Source of the DNA: a bacterium
Lineage (GTDB): Bacteria > Zhuqueibacterota > Zhuqueibacteria > Residuimicrobiales > Krinioviventaceae
Length of the DNA stretch: 64,000 nucleotides
Assembly: GCA_963674595.2 (NCBI GenBank)
Contig: CAXXFV010000004.1
Coordinates: 128,001-192,000 of the forward strand
Direction of reading: 5' to 3'
Part shown: one piece after another, positions 27,944-38,097 of the stretch
Layout: each line of letters opens with the position of its first letter
How positions within the stretch are numbered: position 1 is the stretch's first letter
The notes under the pieces: model-generated
Database searches by the model: none
What the model saw: only the letters and a program-made list of their open reading frames with translations
Told to the model about the DNA's origin: nothing
Translations under genes and position numbers: made by a program

Positions 27944-29785
27944 TTGAAAGCAGAGCTGGAAAATAATTTAACCTCGAAAAATCATACAATCTGGATTCTT
28001 TTAGCACTTGTTATATTGGCTGCGGGATTAAGAATTTATCACCTGTCTTACAAAAGTATATCAATCGACGAAGCCATTGGTAGTTTTTATGCTGTTGAGG
28101 ACCTGGAGCGAGTCGTCATTTTAACGATTAATGATGTTCATCCGCCGTTGTTTTATGTTGTACATCATTTTTGGATTAAAATATTCGGCACGAGTGAAAT
28201 GGCCCTCAGAAGCATTGCCATATTTTTTGCACTGCTTTCCATCCTGTTATTATACCGACTCGGCAGTATTATATTCAATAGAAAAATAGGGCTTATAGCC
28301 GCCTTTCTCCTGAGTATTTCTCCCTGGCATGTTTGGATCAGTCAAAATGCCCGCTCCAATTCAATGTTGCTATTTTTGGTGCTTTTATCAACCTATTGTT
28401 TTTATAAAACCATCCAAAACGGTCATAAAAAATGGTTGGTTTTTTATACCATTGTTACTTCCATTTCATTATACACACATTATTTTTCTTTTATGGTCTG
28501 GTTTGCTCAAAACCTTTATGCTCTTTCCAGTCCTTATATTAGAGAACATAAATCAAAAAACTGGTGGCAGGCACAAATCATTATCGTTTTGCTTTATTTT
28601 TTATGGCTTCCTTTTATGATAAGTCAGTTTATCACCAAAAGCCGGCCAATGTATAAAGTCTTTTCCGTACATTTTCTTGAAAATTTGTTTGATCATTTAA
28701 ATGCCTATGCGCCAATAAGCAAATCCCCACTGTTTATTGCCGGACAAATTTTATTTCTCTTTCTCTTTTTATTCGGAATTTATAAAATTTTTCGTACCCG
28801 GGCTACAATCCAGCCATCATTAACGAATAATGAAGAACCTCTTTTAATGAAAAATAAAACCCTGGCAACGCTGTTTATTTTAGCAACAGTACTTTTTGTA
28901 ATAATCGGTATTTATTTCAACTATGCCCGTGTTATGCCGATGCTCGAATCACACATTGACCAAAATTGTAAAGTTATTTATGCATCAAAAATTAAACCCT
29001 ACCATATCGAACAAATTCGCTCATTACCCTATTCATTTTTTGGTGCAGCCATAATCAGCTATATTTTATTTATTTTAACAATATTTTTCTCAAAATTTGT
29101 TCAGGCATTATCATATATCGGAAAATTTTTAGAAAAAACATTTAAAACAAAGAACAATTTTTCCATATTGGCTTTTTTATTGGTGCATTTGATTTTACCG
29201 ATAATCATTGCTGCCCTGTTATCTATAAAAAGTCCATATCTACTATTACGAAACATGATAATTGCGTTTCCCGCATATTTGTTAATTATATCGTGCGCTA
29301 TTTATTATTTACCCAGATTATGGACGAAATCACTTGTTTTTATTGCAATAATCTTTTTAACCGTGTTTTCTTTTTTAAATTTTGAAAACTGGGAAATGAA
29401 AAACGATTGGCGTCATGCCGCTTTAACGGCAAAAGAACACATTAAAGACGGAGATATCATCCTTCTCGATCATCTGTTTGGGAAAAAACCGTTTTTCTAT
29501 TATGGATTGGAAACAGTTAAACCATTAAAAAGGTTCAAGTCAGAAAAGGAAATCAAGGAATTTCAGGGAGATATTTGGTTTCTAATGTCATATCCCAATA
29601 AATGGTCTGCTTATCAATTACTGGAAGAAAACTTTGAAAAAGAGCAGGTTTGGAGTTTCACAGGTTCAACAAACCAGGATGACATGTCAACAATTGACGG
29701 AAAAATCCACCTGATTCACTTTAAAAAGAAAAACAAATCAATAACTGAAAAACAAAATCTTGCAATTAATAATAAAGAAGGTTAA
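27944..29785 (+). CDS. GT-C fold glycosyltransferase (GT39/ArnT/PMT-like)
   Basis: LRIYHL..SISIDEA, DVHPPLFY, FGTSEMALR, ISPWHVWISQNAR, LYTHYF; many transmembrane helices. Confidence 0.85.
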   Translation: MKAELENNLTSKNHTIWILLALVILAAGLRIYHLSYKSISIDEAIGSFYAVEDLERVVILTINDVHPPLFYVVHHFWIKIFGTSEMALRSIAIFFALLSILLLYRLGSIIFNRKIGLIAAFLLSISPWHVWISQNARSNSMLLFLVLLSTYCFYKTIQNGHKKWLVFYTIVTSISLYTHYFSFMVWFAQNLYALSSPYIREHKSKNWWQAQIIIVLLYFLWLPFMISQFITKSRPMYKVFSVHFLENLFDHLNAYAPISKSPLFIAGQILFLFLFLFGIYKIFRTRATIQPSLTNNEEPLLMKNKTLATLFILATVLFVIIGIYFNYARVMPMLESHIDQNCKVIYASKIKPYHIEQIRSLPYSFFGAAIISYILFILTIFFSKFVQALSYIGKFLEKTFKTKNNFSILAFLLVHLILPIIIAALLSIKSPYLLLRNMIIAFPAYLLIISCAIYYLPRLWTKSLVFIAIIFLTVFSFLNFENWEMKNDWRHAALTAKEHIKDGDIILLDHLFGKKPFFYYGLETVKPLKRFKSEKEIKEFQGDIWFLMSYPNKWSAYQLLEENFEKEQVWSFTGSTNQDDMSTIDGKIHLIHFKKKNKSITEKQNLAINNKEG

Positions 29786-29824
29786 CTTTTATCCGTAAAA
29801 CGTGATTAATCAAACATTTTATGG

Positions 29825-32137
29825 ATGAAAGGTATTCGTGTGAAATATAGGGTTTTTTTCGGATTTTTATTATCAGCTTCTTTATCCATCTATCTTTCTT
29901 CATTAAACGCATCAACATTTACAGTAACAAAAACTACCGGACATGCCGATAGCACACTCATTTGGGCGTTGGAGCAATGCCAAACCAATCCCGGTGCGGA
30001 CACTGTTAACTTTGATCTTTCACAAGACGATCCTCAATATAATTCACAATTCTGGACAATAGAACTCGATGGATCCCTTCCCACCCTGACAGACGATGCT
30101 ACATTTATCGACGGCCAGACGCAGAAGGACAGAATTTCCTATGAATGGGATGGACCGGTCATTGAAATAAACGGCCTGGCGTCATCTGCCAGCCATCCGG
30201 GGCTGCAAATAAATTCAAGTTATAATATTATTTCTCATCTTGCATTTGTAAATTTTCCGGCAACAGCAATTTCCATTTCCGGCGCAAGTTCCAAATACAA
30301 TACAATAACAGGTTGTTATATAGGAATCTCTGCTGACGGCAGCACAAGTAAAGAAAATAACGGAAACGGTATTGAATGTGTTAATTATTCAAGCCATACC
30401 AGTATTTGTTACGGTAATGTCATATCAAACAATACCCGCTATGGGATCCAATTTGAAAACAGCAGCGATAACAAAATTTTAGGAAACATTGTCGGCACCG
30501 ATGCATCCGGTTTGGAAGCCAGGCCAAACGGAGCTTATCCAAAAAAATATGCCGGAGTCAATATTTCGCACATCTCTAAAAATAATCAGGTAGGAGACGG
30601 AACAGAAACAGGAAGGAATATATTATCCGGTAATCATCGTACAGGGATAAGATTTGAAAAAACAGGCGCAGAAAATAATATCCTTCAGGGAAATTATATC
30701 GGAGTCGGTTCTGATGGTATTACCAAAATTCCCAATGGAGAAGCCGGTTTGTTAATTGGCCGGGATGCAAAATACAATATAGTCGGTGGAGACACACCGG
30801 AGCAGGCAAATATCATCTCCGGTAACCATTCCAGTGGTGTTCAAATGGCCAGAGAATCTTCTTTTAATACTTTGAAAGGTAATTTGATAGGTCTGGATGC
30901 AAGTGGAACGGTTGCCGTCCCCAATGATCATAACGGTATCTATTTTTACGGGAATGATGAGGAAGGGTATCCCCATGACAACACAATAGGTCCCGGTAAT
31001 ATTATTTGTGGAAACGGTACTTCGCCCTATGATCAGTTTTGGGCAGCTATCTCAATAGACAATCGCGGTACTGTAAACAATACATGTTACGGCAACTGGT
31101 TAGGAACAAATCCCTATACATCTTTTAACGACGGACAACCCACCGGCATTTTGGTCCAGCACGGCGCCCATAACAATATTTTAGGACCGGACAATGTTAT
31201 TGTAAACTGTGATTTTAACGGTGTTCATATTTTAAACGACAGCACAACGTCCAATAAAATCACACGTAATCTTATCTATAATTATCAGGAAAAACCAATA
31301 CTAAATGAAGACGGCGGCAACAATTCTTTAGAGCGGCCGACAATTCACACGGCAACTGGTAAAAGAATTACCGGAAAAAGCTTTGCTTTTGCAGTTGTGG
31401 AACTTTACGCCGGCTATACAGGTGCGGCAAACGAATATTTGGGCTCTGCAACAGCCGATTCAACAGGTTATTTTCAATGGTTTGGCGCTGTTCCGGATGC
31501 ACTTATTTCGGCAACCGCAACAGACCAAAACGGAAACACGTCAGAATTTTCCGAAAGCGTTCCTTTACCGGTAGAAATGTTATCGTTTACAGTCACTCAA
31601 CAAAACAAAGAGACTGTTTCACTGATTTGGCGGACAACCAATGAAATTAATAATCATGGCTTTCGAATAGAACGAAAACATGATGACTTACAGTTTGAAA
31701 ATATTGGTTTTGTACAAGTTAAAACTGAAGGCTCTGTGTGTGAATACCAATTTGATGATAAAATACAATCACCCGGTAATTATTCCTATAGAATCATACA
31801 AATTGACAACAATGGTAACGAAACAATTTCCGGGTTGCAGTCGATTTTCATTTCCCCGGAACAATTCAAACTTGTTCTTGAAAACTATCCAAATCCATTT
31901 AACAACTCAACCAAAATTGACTATTATGTCCCGGGTTCTGAAAGAACAAAAATAGAAATATTCAACCTTAAAGGTCAGCTCTTGAAATCTTTTACAAACA
32001 TTTCATTAAATAAAAGTAATTCCCTTATTTGGGATGGAACGGATAGTGAAGGCAAAATTGTAAACAGCGGGCAATATTTTATCATTTTATCCAACTCTCA
32101 AAATCGCTTTGTTAAAAAATGCCTTTTCATTAAATAA
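29825..32137 (+). CDS. T9SS cargo: right-handed parallel beta-helix protein with C-terminal sorting domain
   Basis: GNxISGN and GNxIG repeats, TATDQNGNTSEFS, PLPVEMLSF, CTD NYPNPFN...WDGTDSEGKIVNSGQYF. Confidence 0.85.
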   Translation: MKGIRVKYRVFFGFLLSASLSIYLSSLNASTFTVTKTTGHADSTLIWALEQCQTNPGADTVNFDLSQDDPQYNSQFWTIELDGSLPTLTDDATFIDGQTQKDRISYEWDGPVIEINGLASSASHPGLQINSSYNIISHLAFVNFPATAISISGASSKYNTITGCYIGISADGSTSKENNGNGIECVNYSSHTSICYGNVISNNTRYGIQFENSSDNKILGNIVGTDASGLEARPNGAYPKKYAGVNISHISKNNQVGDGTETGRNILSGNHRTGIRFEKTGAENNILQGNYIGVGSDGITKIPNGEAGLLIGRDAKYNIVGGDTPEQANIISGNHSSGVQMARESSFNTLKGNLIGLDASGTVAVPNDHNGIYFYGNDEEGYPHDNTIGPGNIICGNGTSPYDQFWAAISIDNRGTVNNTCYGNWLGTNPYTSFNDGQPTGILVQHGAHNNILGPDNVIVNCDFNGVHILNDSTTSNKITRNLIYNYQEKPILNEDGGNNSLERPTIHTATGKRITGKSFAFAVVELYAGYTGAANEYLGSATADSTGYFQWFGAVPDALISATATDQNGNTSEFSESVPLPVEMLSFTVTQQNKETVSLIWRTTNEINNHGFRIERKHDDLQFENIGFVQVKTEGSVCEYQFDDKIQSPGNYSYRIIQIDNNGNETISGLQSIFISPEQFKLVLENYPNPFNNSTKIDYYVPGSERTKIEIFNLKGQLLKSFTNISLNKSNSLIWDGTDSEGKIVNSGQYFIILSNSQNRFVKKCLFIK

Positions 32138-32175
32138 AGAGCCGGCTTGTAATTTATTAAAATTTTACCCAATAA

Positions 32176-32208
32176 AAAAGGCAGTCGATGATATATCGAC
32201 TGCCTTTT
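32176..32208. terminator. Bidirectional terminator between convergent T9SS cargo genes
   Basis: AAAAGGCAGTCGAT-gatat-ATCGACTGCCTTTT. Confidence 0.85.
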
Positions 32209-32232
32209 GTGTTTTGTTTATTTAAACAGATC

Positions 32233-35200
32233 TTATTTTACCAAAAGCATTTTAATTGTTTTATCAAAATTGTCTGCCTGAATTCTGGCAAAGTAAATAC
32301 CTGCCGCTACAGTGAGTCCGTTATTATCCTTCCCATCCCATTGAACATAATGTGTACCTGCCTGGAACCTCTGATTATCGATTGTTTTGACATATCTTCC
32401 AAGCGCATTAAATATGCTTATAGATACATTTTGGACCTGAGGTACGGAAAAGGAAATGGTTGTTGTCGGGTTAAAAGGATTCGGATAGTTTTGATATAGG
32501 GTAAACTTTTCCGGAATCTGAGTTGTTTCAGAATTTTCCACATCTGTCGGCAGAATATCATCAATGCTGCCATCTTCAACCATAATATCGATATCTGTGG
32601 TTGATGCATTTGAATAAACCTGAACACCCTGCGCCATTGGCGGAATTTCCTCACTAAAAGGCAACGGCAAATAATAAGGTAACATTGAGGTATTAAAATC
32701 ATTAGGCGTTCCGTAACTTGATAGTCCGAATAAAAACTGCTGAATATCAAAATTCATAGCTGCCGGTACGTTTTTATACCAATAATCCTTAAAGACATTT
32801 AAAGAAAATTCGGAAAAATCAAGACCATCGCCTAATATAGACGCCAGATCAAAACCTTCTGAAAATCCGGTTACCATGTTTAATAATGCAGAAGCCTGAA
32901 TTAAAGAGGTCATGGCAACAGTGCGAATATAATAAGTTCCGGGATTAAGCCCACTGATGAGGTATTGTCCGGTTTCCGAAAGTGAAATTTCTTTCAAAAC
33001 ATCATAATCTGAAAAAGCAAAACCAACAGGATGACCGGATGCATCATAAGCCACAACCATAATCATGGAAAGAGCTGCACCAGTCTGCCGATGCGTAATA
33101 TGGCCCTGAATAGAGCCGGTTGCCTGTGTCAATGTCAGATCAATGTCCTTAACATCACCATAGTCCACCGTGACAATTTGATTTAAAGCGTCGTTAAACG
33201 TATTTCCGCCGCCATAATAAGTCGTTGCAAAGTCAGAAGGCATGGGGATGGCAGCGATTTTATAATCACCAGGCACTAGATTTGAAACCCTGTAACCGCC
33301 ATTAAACTGTACCCAATCGTAACTGGCTAGCGCGCCGGTAACTGCATCGTAAATAACAACAGGAAAACCATAAAGTGTATCAGCACCGGCATATACATCT
33401 TGTGCCTGTTTTGCCAGGCTAACAAATCCCTGAATTGTTGCACCCTGGTCCAGGGCAATATCAATACCTGTCAGCACAGGGCCGTTTAATTGTAAAACCG
33501 TTGCATTTTCAAAGGTTCTCTTGTTATTATAAAATTCCGGCAAATATTCAATCCCACCTTCGGACCCTGGTAAAGCCAATAATTTATAATCACCTGTAGG
33601 CAATGGGCCGAGAACATAATTACCGTCATCTTCAATTTGTGCCCAGGGAAGATATGGAAATCCGGATGTTGTATCCAAAGCGACGATAATCAAATCAGAA
33701 AAGGGCGCACCGTTTTGAGCAATCGTTACTTTACCGGAAATAAACCGTGCTGCATCGAGAGAAAAATTAATATTAGCGGTTTCTTCAGGAACAACAACAG
33801 ACACTTTAGTAGATTCATTAATTTTTAAAATATTATGTACACCACCATAATACTCATCAACCACGTTTTCTGCATGTTTTCCCTGTATAATCAATTCACC
33901 CCCATCCATCAAACTGGCAAGGTCCGGATTGAGAACAAAGGAAGAAATGGTTCGTAAATAATAATCACCTGTTTGTAAACCGGTAATCTCATATTCTCCA
34001 TCTGTATTGGTAACAGCAGCACCTATTTGCATATTTGCCAAAAAGGGTTCACCGGTAGAATCAGATAAAACATTATTAATTGCAACAACCATCAAAGAAT
34101 CCAATGGTTGGCCAAATTCATCCGTTACGGTTCCGGTAATTGAAGCACCCGGTTCCAGGACAAAATCGATATCTTCAGTCAACACTCCTGCATTAACAGT
34201 TACAGGCTGGGCCTCACCAATGGAATAGGCATCACTAAAATATTCACCCAAAAAGTTACCGGTTCCCAATAAACTTCCGGTATAATCGTTGGCATAAATG
34301 TAATACTCTCCTTCGGCCAAACCGTTTATTTCATAGGCGCCTAAAATTCCGAGCCCTAATCCGGCAAAAGAAGAATCCGCAACATCAAAAGCGGCAATAA
34401 CAGACAAAAATGCCGGCATGGGTACAAAACCGCCCTTGACAGAAATTTTACCGGTAACACCACCGGTCAGTTCTTCCTCCGGTATTGCAGCCATGTTAAA
34501 GTTTACGTTTGTTAAATAATCATCATAACTATTTATGGAAATAACATCAGCCGCTTCCCAGGTTTGCTGCTGGGTATGCCATGACAAATTATATCCTTCA
34601 GCATAGGCCACCGCTTTAAAATCACCCAAAACAGGAACACCAACACTGTCATATTTTCCATTTTCAAGATCTACAATTTCCTCATAAAGAGGGATGGGCT
34701 GATCAGCCCGAAATAAAACGATGGTTGCATAATTATTATCAACAGGTGTAACGCCATCCTCATTAAAAATCGTTCCGGCAATAAACGCACCTGTTTCCAA
34801 ATCAAAATTTACATTTGCCTGGTTTGTAACAACTTTTTGGGCCTGTCGCCAGGTTTCCAGAGAAGACAGGGGGGCTTTAACATCATCATACAATTCATCA
34901 ATATAGTGACGACTCAGAGTCAGCACATAAAAAGAATCACCGGATGTTGTTTCTATCTCATAACTTCCATCCTGATTGGAGACGGTATCTATACCGGCAA
35001 AATAACCATGATCATCAAAAGCCAGCATGATAACAGGGCTATCCGGCACATTCCCTTCAACGGTTACAGTCCCGCTAATTGTACCGACATCGAATGTTAT
35101 ATTTTGTTCATACTCATTAGCTAATGCTAAAGCAGACACATCCTGTTGCTGTAATTGTTTTAAAAAAGTCGGAACCAATACATCGGGACGACTGTGAAGT

Positions 35201-35454
35201 GTGATTTCCTTTTTTATTTTATCTGTTGTTGATTGAACCTTGAGGTTTTCTATCAACTTTTGTTCAACTTGCGATATTTCCTTAATGTGATTCTTTGTTT
35301 TTGCGAGTTCGTTTGTTGTTTGTGCTTTTGAAATTTGCTGAGAAACGAGTAAATATCTTTGCATCTTAACTTCACCGTCTTTGGGAAATACTGTGGAAAT
35401 AAAAACAAATAATATTCCACAATAAACACCAAAATATTTTAACAATCTTGACAT
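32233..35454 (-). CDS. T9SS cargo with repeated carboxypeptidase-regulatory-like (transthyretin-like) domains
   Basis: Repeated G(S/T)IxGxV, GxYxIxGLxxGxY and EYY/EFY motifs; CTD QNYPNPFNPTT...WDGKDNNGLTVAAGIYF. Confidence 0.85.
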   Translation of the reverse strand: MSRLLKYFGVYCGILFVFISTVFPKDGEVKMQRYLLVSQQISKAQTTNELAKTKNHIKEISQVEQKLIENLKVQSTTDKIKKEITLHSRPDVLVPTFLKQLQQQDVSALALANEYEQNITFDVGTISGTVTVEGNVPDSPVIMLAFDDHGYFAGIDTVSNQDGSYEIETTSGDSFYVLTLSRHYIDELYDDVKAPLSSLETWRQAQKVVTNQANVNFDLETGAFIAGTIFNEDGVTPVDNNYATIVLFRADQPIPLYEEIVDLENGKYDSVGVPVLGDFKAVAYAEGYNLSWHTQQQTWEAADVISINSYDDYLTNVNFNMAAIPEEELTGGVTGKISVKGGFVPMPAFLSVIAAFDVADSSFAGLGLGILGAYEINGLAEGEYYIYANDYTGSLLGTGNFLGEYFSDAYSIGEAQPVTVNAGVLTEDIDFVLEPGASITGTVTDEFGQPLDSLMVVAINNVLSDSTGEPFLANMQIGAAVTNTDGEYEITGLQTGDYYLRTISSFVLNPDLASLMDGGELIIQGKHAENVVDEYYGGVHNILKINESTKVSVVVPEETANINFSLDAARFISGKVTIAQNGAPFSDLIIVALDTTSGFPYLPWAQIEDDGNYVLGPLPTGDYKLLALPGSEGGIEYLPEFYNNKRTFENATVLQLNGPVLTGIDIALDQGATIQGFVSLAKQAQDVYAGADTLYGFPVVIYDAVTGALASYDWVQFNGGYRVSNLVPGDYKIAAIPMPSDFATTYYGGGNTFNDALNQIVTVDYGDVKDIDLTLTQATGSIQGHITHRQTGAALSMIMVVAYDASGHPVGFAFSDYDVLKEISLSETGQYLISGLNPGTYYIRTVAMTSLIQASALLNMVTGFSEGFDLASILGDGLDFSEFSLNVFKDYWYKNVPAAMNFDIQQFLFGLSSYGTPNDFNTSMLPYYLPLPFSEEIPPMAQGVQVYSNASTTDIDIMVEDGSIDDILPTDVENSETTQIPEKFTLYQNYPNPFNPTTTISFSVPQVQNVSISIFNALGRYVKTIDNQRFQAGTHYVQWDGKDNNGLTVAAGIYFARIQADNFDKTIKMLLVK

Positions 35455-35600
35455 TTTATACTCCTTGGCTTTATAAAAATAATTATTAAAATCCTTATCA
35501 CGTTACAAACATGTATAAAAAATTAAATATTTCGCAATATAATTTTTAAACATGCTAAATTTAAAAGAAATGGAGCTATACCATTTGATACAAATCACAA

Positions 35601-36275
35601 CTATTTTAAAAACTGTAATTGTTTTGTTGAATTGATCACAAAATCATCGGATTTTAGAGAAAAATCCTTGTCACCAAAACCTAATACGTCAATTAAGACA
35701 TTAAACAGTTTTCCCCTTCTCACATGTTTTGGTTTTCCCTGCAAATCAGGAGAAGAACGTCCTTCAAGCCAATCTTTTAATTCGTGATAAGTTTCAGCAG
35801 AAACAGGTTGGTAAGATATTTCAATGCTGATATAATATTTCGCACCGATCTCCAACTCTGACAAGCTCAAAACCGGAAAATCAATTCGTTGCGAACAAAG
35901 CTTCTGGACCGAAAGCACGTCGCCGGTCAGGCGCCGTTCCGTTTCTGTAATAACTGTAAATTTGTCTTCCCAATTGTCATAATAAATTTTTACAGGTATT
36001 ACATACTCTTTTACTATGCCGCTGAAAATGGCTTTTTTCTTCCAAAGACGAATATGATGGATAATTTCTGAAGTAAACCCTCTTTCAAGTCCCTGCACGG
36101 TTTTTTTATTCATTAAACCGTCAATATGATACCCCAGGACCAACTGCTTTTCATGAATAACCAGGCTATCCAAAACAATTTTACGCTCAACAGCAAACAA
36201 AGAGTGCCCATAAAAAAGCACGAGTAAAAAGAAGGCTTTAAAAAGGCACTTTTTCATATATATTCTTTTTTTCAA
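35601..36275 (-). CDS. DUF4390-like exported protein
   Basis: Signal peptide SLFA; GLERG..I.HHIRLW and IYYDNWEDKF pattern resembling DUF4390. Confidence 0.55.
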   Translation of the reverse strand: MKKRIYMKKCLFKAFFLLVLFYGHSLFAVERKIVLDSLVIHEKQLVLGYHIDGLMNKKTVQGLERGFTSEIIHHIRLWKKKAIFSGIVKEYVIPVKIYYDNWEDKFTVITETERRLTGDVLSVQKLCSQRIDFPVLSLSELEIGAKYYISIEISYQPVSAETYHELKDWLEGRSSPDLQGKPKHVRRGKLFNVLIDVLGFGDKDFSLKSDDFVINSTKQLQFLK

Positions 36276-37150
36276 GTACTTTTATAAGCGGAAAATGCAA
36301 CCCATTCATCTTCAGCCAAAACTTCATTAATCACCAGTTTATTGTCTTGTAAAGCATGTTTAATTAAATGCTCTTCGGTTTTTAATATTCCGGATAGTAA
36401 AAGGATATTCTGATAATCTAACATTTTTGATAATAATGGCAAGATATTTAATATAACAGTTCTGTTAACATTTGCCATAATCAAATCAAAAGGAGATTTA
36501 TTTATCGCATCAAGGGTTCCGGTAAAAAATTCTATTGAAACAGGAACATGATTCAATTTTGAATTTTTTCTGGCAGTTTCAGAAGCAATCGGATCAATAT
36601 CAAAAGCCGTAATTTTTTTTGCGCCGATTAAAGCCGCAGCAATAGCCAAAATTCCTGTTCCCGTACCGACATCCAGAATATTTTCGTTTTTATCAATATA
36701 TTTTTCAAGCAGTTGCAATGTCAGCCGGGTGGTTGCATGGGTTCCCGTTCCAAAAGCCATCTCCGGATCAATTTCGATGACAACAGGCGGTGCATCATCA
36801 GGTGTTTCCAACCAGCTTGGGCGGATCATTAGTTTATCTGAAACTCGCAAGGGTTTGTAATTCTTTTTCCATTCAGAGTTCCAGTCTATATCGCGAATAA
36901 GATTTATTTCAATTTTTGGAAACGATTCCTCTCCGGTCTCCACAAACAGGTGATTTAGAGAGGTTTTTATTTTATTTTTTAACTCATCCGTGGAAATTTC
37001 AACAGGTATATAACCTGTAATTAAATCATTCTCTTCGATGATACCGTTTGCATTTAACCCGAAAAGAACATCACTGATAATTTCCGAGGTTTCCATATTT
37101 GCCTGAATTTTTATTTCATACCACTCTTTATTTGGAACGTATGTATTCAT
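36272..37150 (-). CDS. prmA: Ribosomal protein L11 methyltransferase
   Basis: DWNSEWKK, IRPSW, IDPEMAFGTGTHATT, LDVGTGTGILAI, DIDP, LSGIL. Confidence 0.93.
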   Translation of the reverse strand: MNTYVPNKEWYEIKIQANMETSEIISDVLFGLNANGIIEENDLITGYIPVEISTDELKNKIKTSLNHLFVETGEESFPKIEINLIRDIDWNSEWKKNYKPLRVSDKLMIRPSWLETPDDAPPVVIEIDPEMAFGTGTHATTRLTLQLLEKYIDKNENILDVGTGTGILAIAAALIGAKKITAFDIDPIASETARKNSKLNHVPVSIEFFTGTLDAINKSPFDLIMANVNRTVILNILPLLSKMLDYQNILLLSGILKTEEHLIKHALQDNKLVINEVLAEDEWVAFSAYKST

Positions 37151-38073
37151 TAAAGGCCCTCATAAATTAAAGACACAATCAAATCACCCACTTTTTGCAG
37201 ACTTTTATCGGAGCATTTATCCGGTGTATCCTCAACAGTATGCCAATATTTGTAATCAAAATCTATCAAATCAATACAGGGTATCCCTGCTTCCAACAAA
37301 GGAATATGATCGTCAAATATGGCATATCCGGTTTCCGGTACAAACTCGATTATTCCCAAATCCTGGGCACGCTTCCAAACCTGGTCTACAATCGTTGGAG
37401 CATATTGTTGTGAATACGCTTCTTTATAAACAGACAAATCTTTATCCCCTATCATGTCCAGCAGAATACCAAAATATGGAGGCGTTATTAAATTCATTTG
37501 CGCGGCAAAAGCCGCCGAACCCTGTGCATAACTGCGATTTTTATCGTGCTGTCCGGCATCTTCGCCGTCAAAAAGGACAATATCAATACCAACAGGTGGT
37601 ATATTTTGGTGAAGGATATGGGCAATTTCCAGTAAAACAGCAACACCGGAAGCACCATCATTGGCGCCTGCAATTGGTGTGTTTTTATTGGCAGGATTCG
37701 GGTCCATATCGGCCCAGGGCCTTGTATCCCAATGAGCACATAATAAAACACGTTGTTTGTTTTGGGGATTAAAAGCGGCAATGATGTTATTTGCAGATAC
37801 GGTTTGTGCAGGGCTTCCAAAAGTCAATAAAAAGGATTGTGTTTTTACATCAGCGCCAAAATCCTGTAATGTTGAACACAAATAATCCAAACACTTTTTA
37901 TGGCCTTCAGAACCCGGATTCCGGGGGCCAAAGTCACATTGCTTTTTTAAATATTGAAAAGCCTGTTGACCATTAAACTTTGGAGTTTGACAAAAAGAAT
38001 TATTAACGCTTGTTAAAAAAAACAGGGAGATAAATAATAAAAATTTGACTTTAAATGACAAAAAAAAATCCAT
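37150..38073 (-). CDS. M28-family zinc enzyme, probable glutaminyl cyclase
   Basis: FGPRNPGS, CAHWDTR, GANDGASGVAVLLE, FDGED, LLDMIG, DDHIP, YWHT. Confidence 0.8.
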   Translation of the reverse strand: MDFFLSFKVKFLLFISLFFLTSVNNSFCQTPKFNGQQAFQYLKKQCDFGPRNPGSEGHKKCLDYLCSTLQDFGADVKTQSFLLTFGSPAQTVSANNIIAAFNPQNKQRVLLCAHWDTRPWADMDPNPANKNTPIAGANDGASGVAVLLEIAHILHQNIPPVGIDIVLFDGEDAGQHDKNRSYAQGSAAFAAQMNLITPPYFGILLDMIGDKDLSVYKEAYSQQYAPTIVDQVWKRAQDLGIIEFVPETGYAIFDDHIPLLEAGIPCIDLIDFDYKYWHTVEDTPDKCSDKSLQKVGDLIVSLIYEGL

Positions 38074-38097
38074 AAGATTTTACCTTATATTGGAAAA

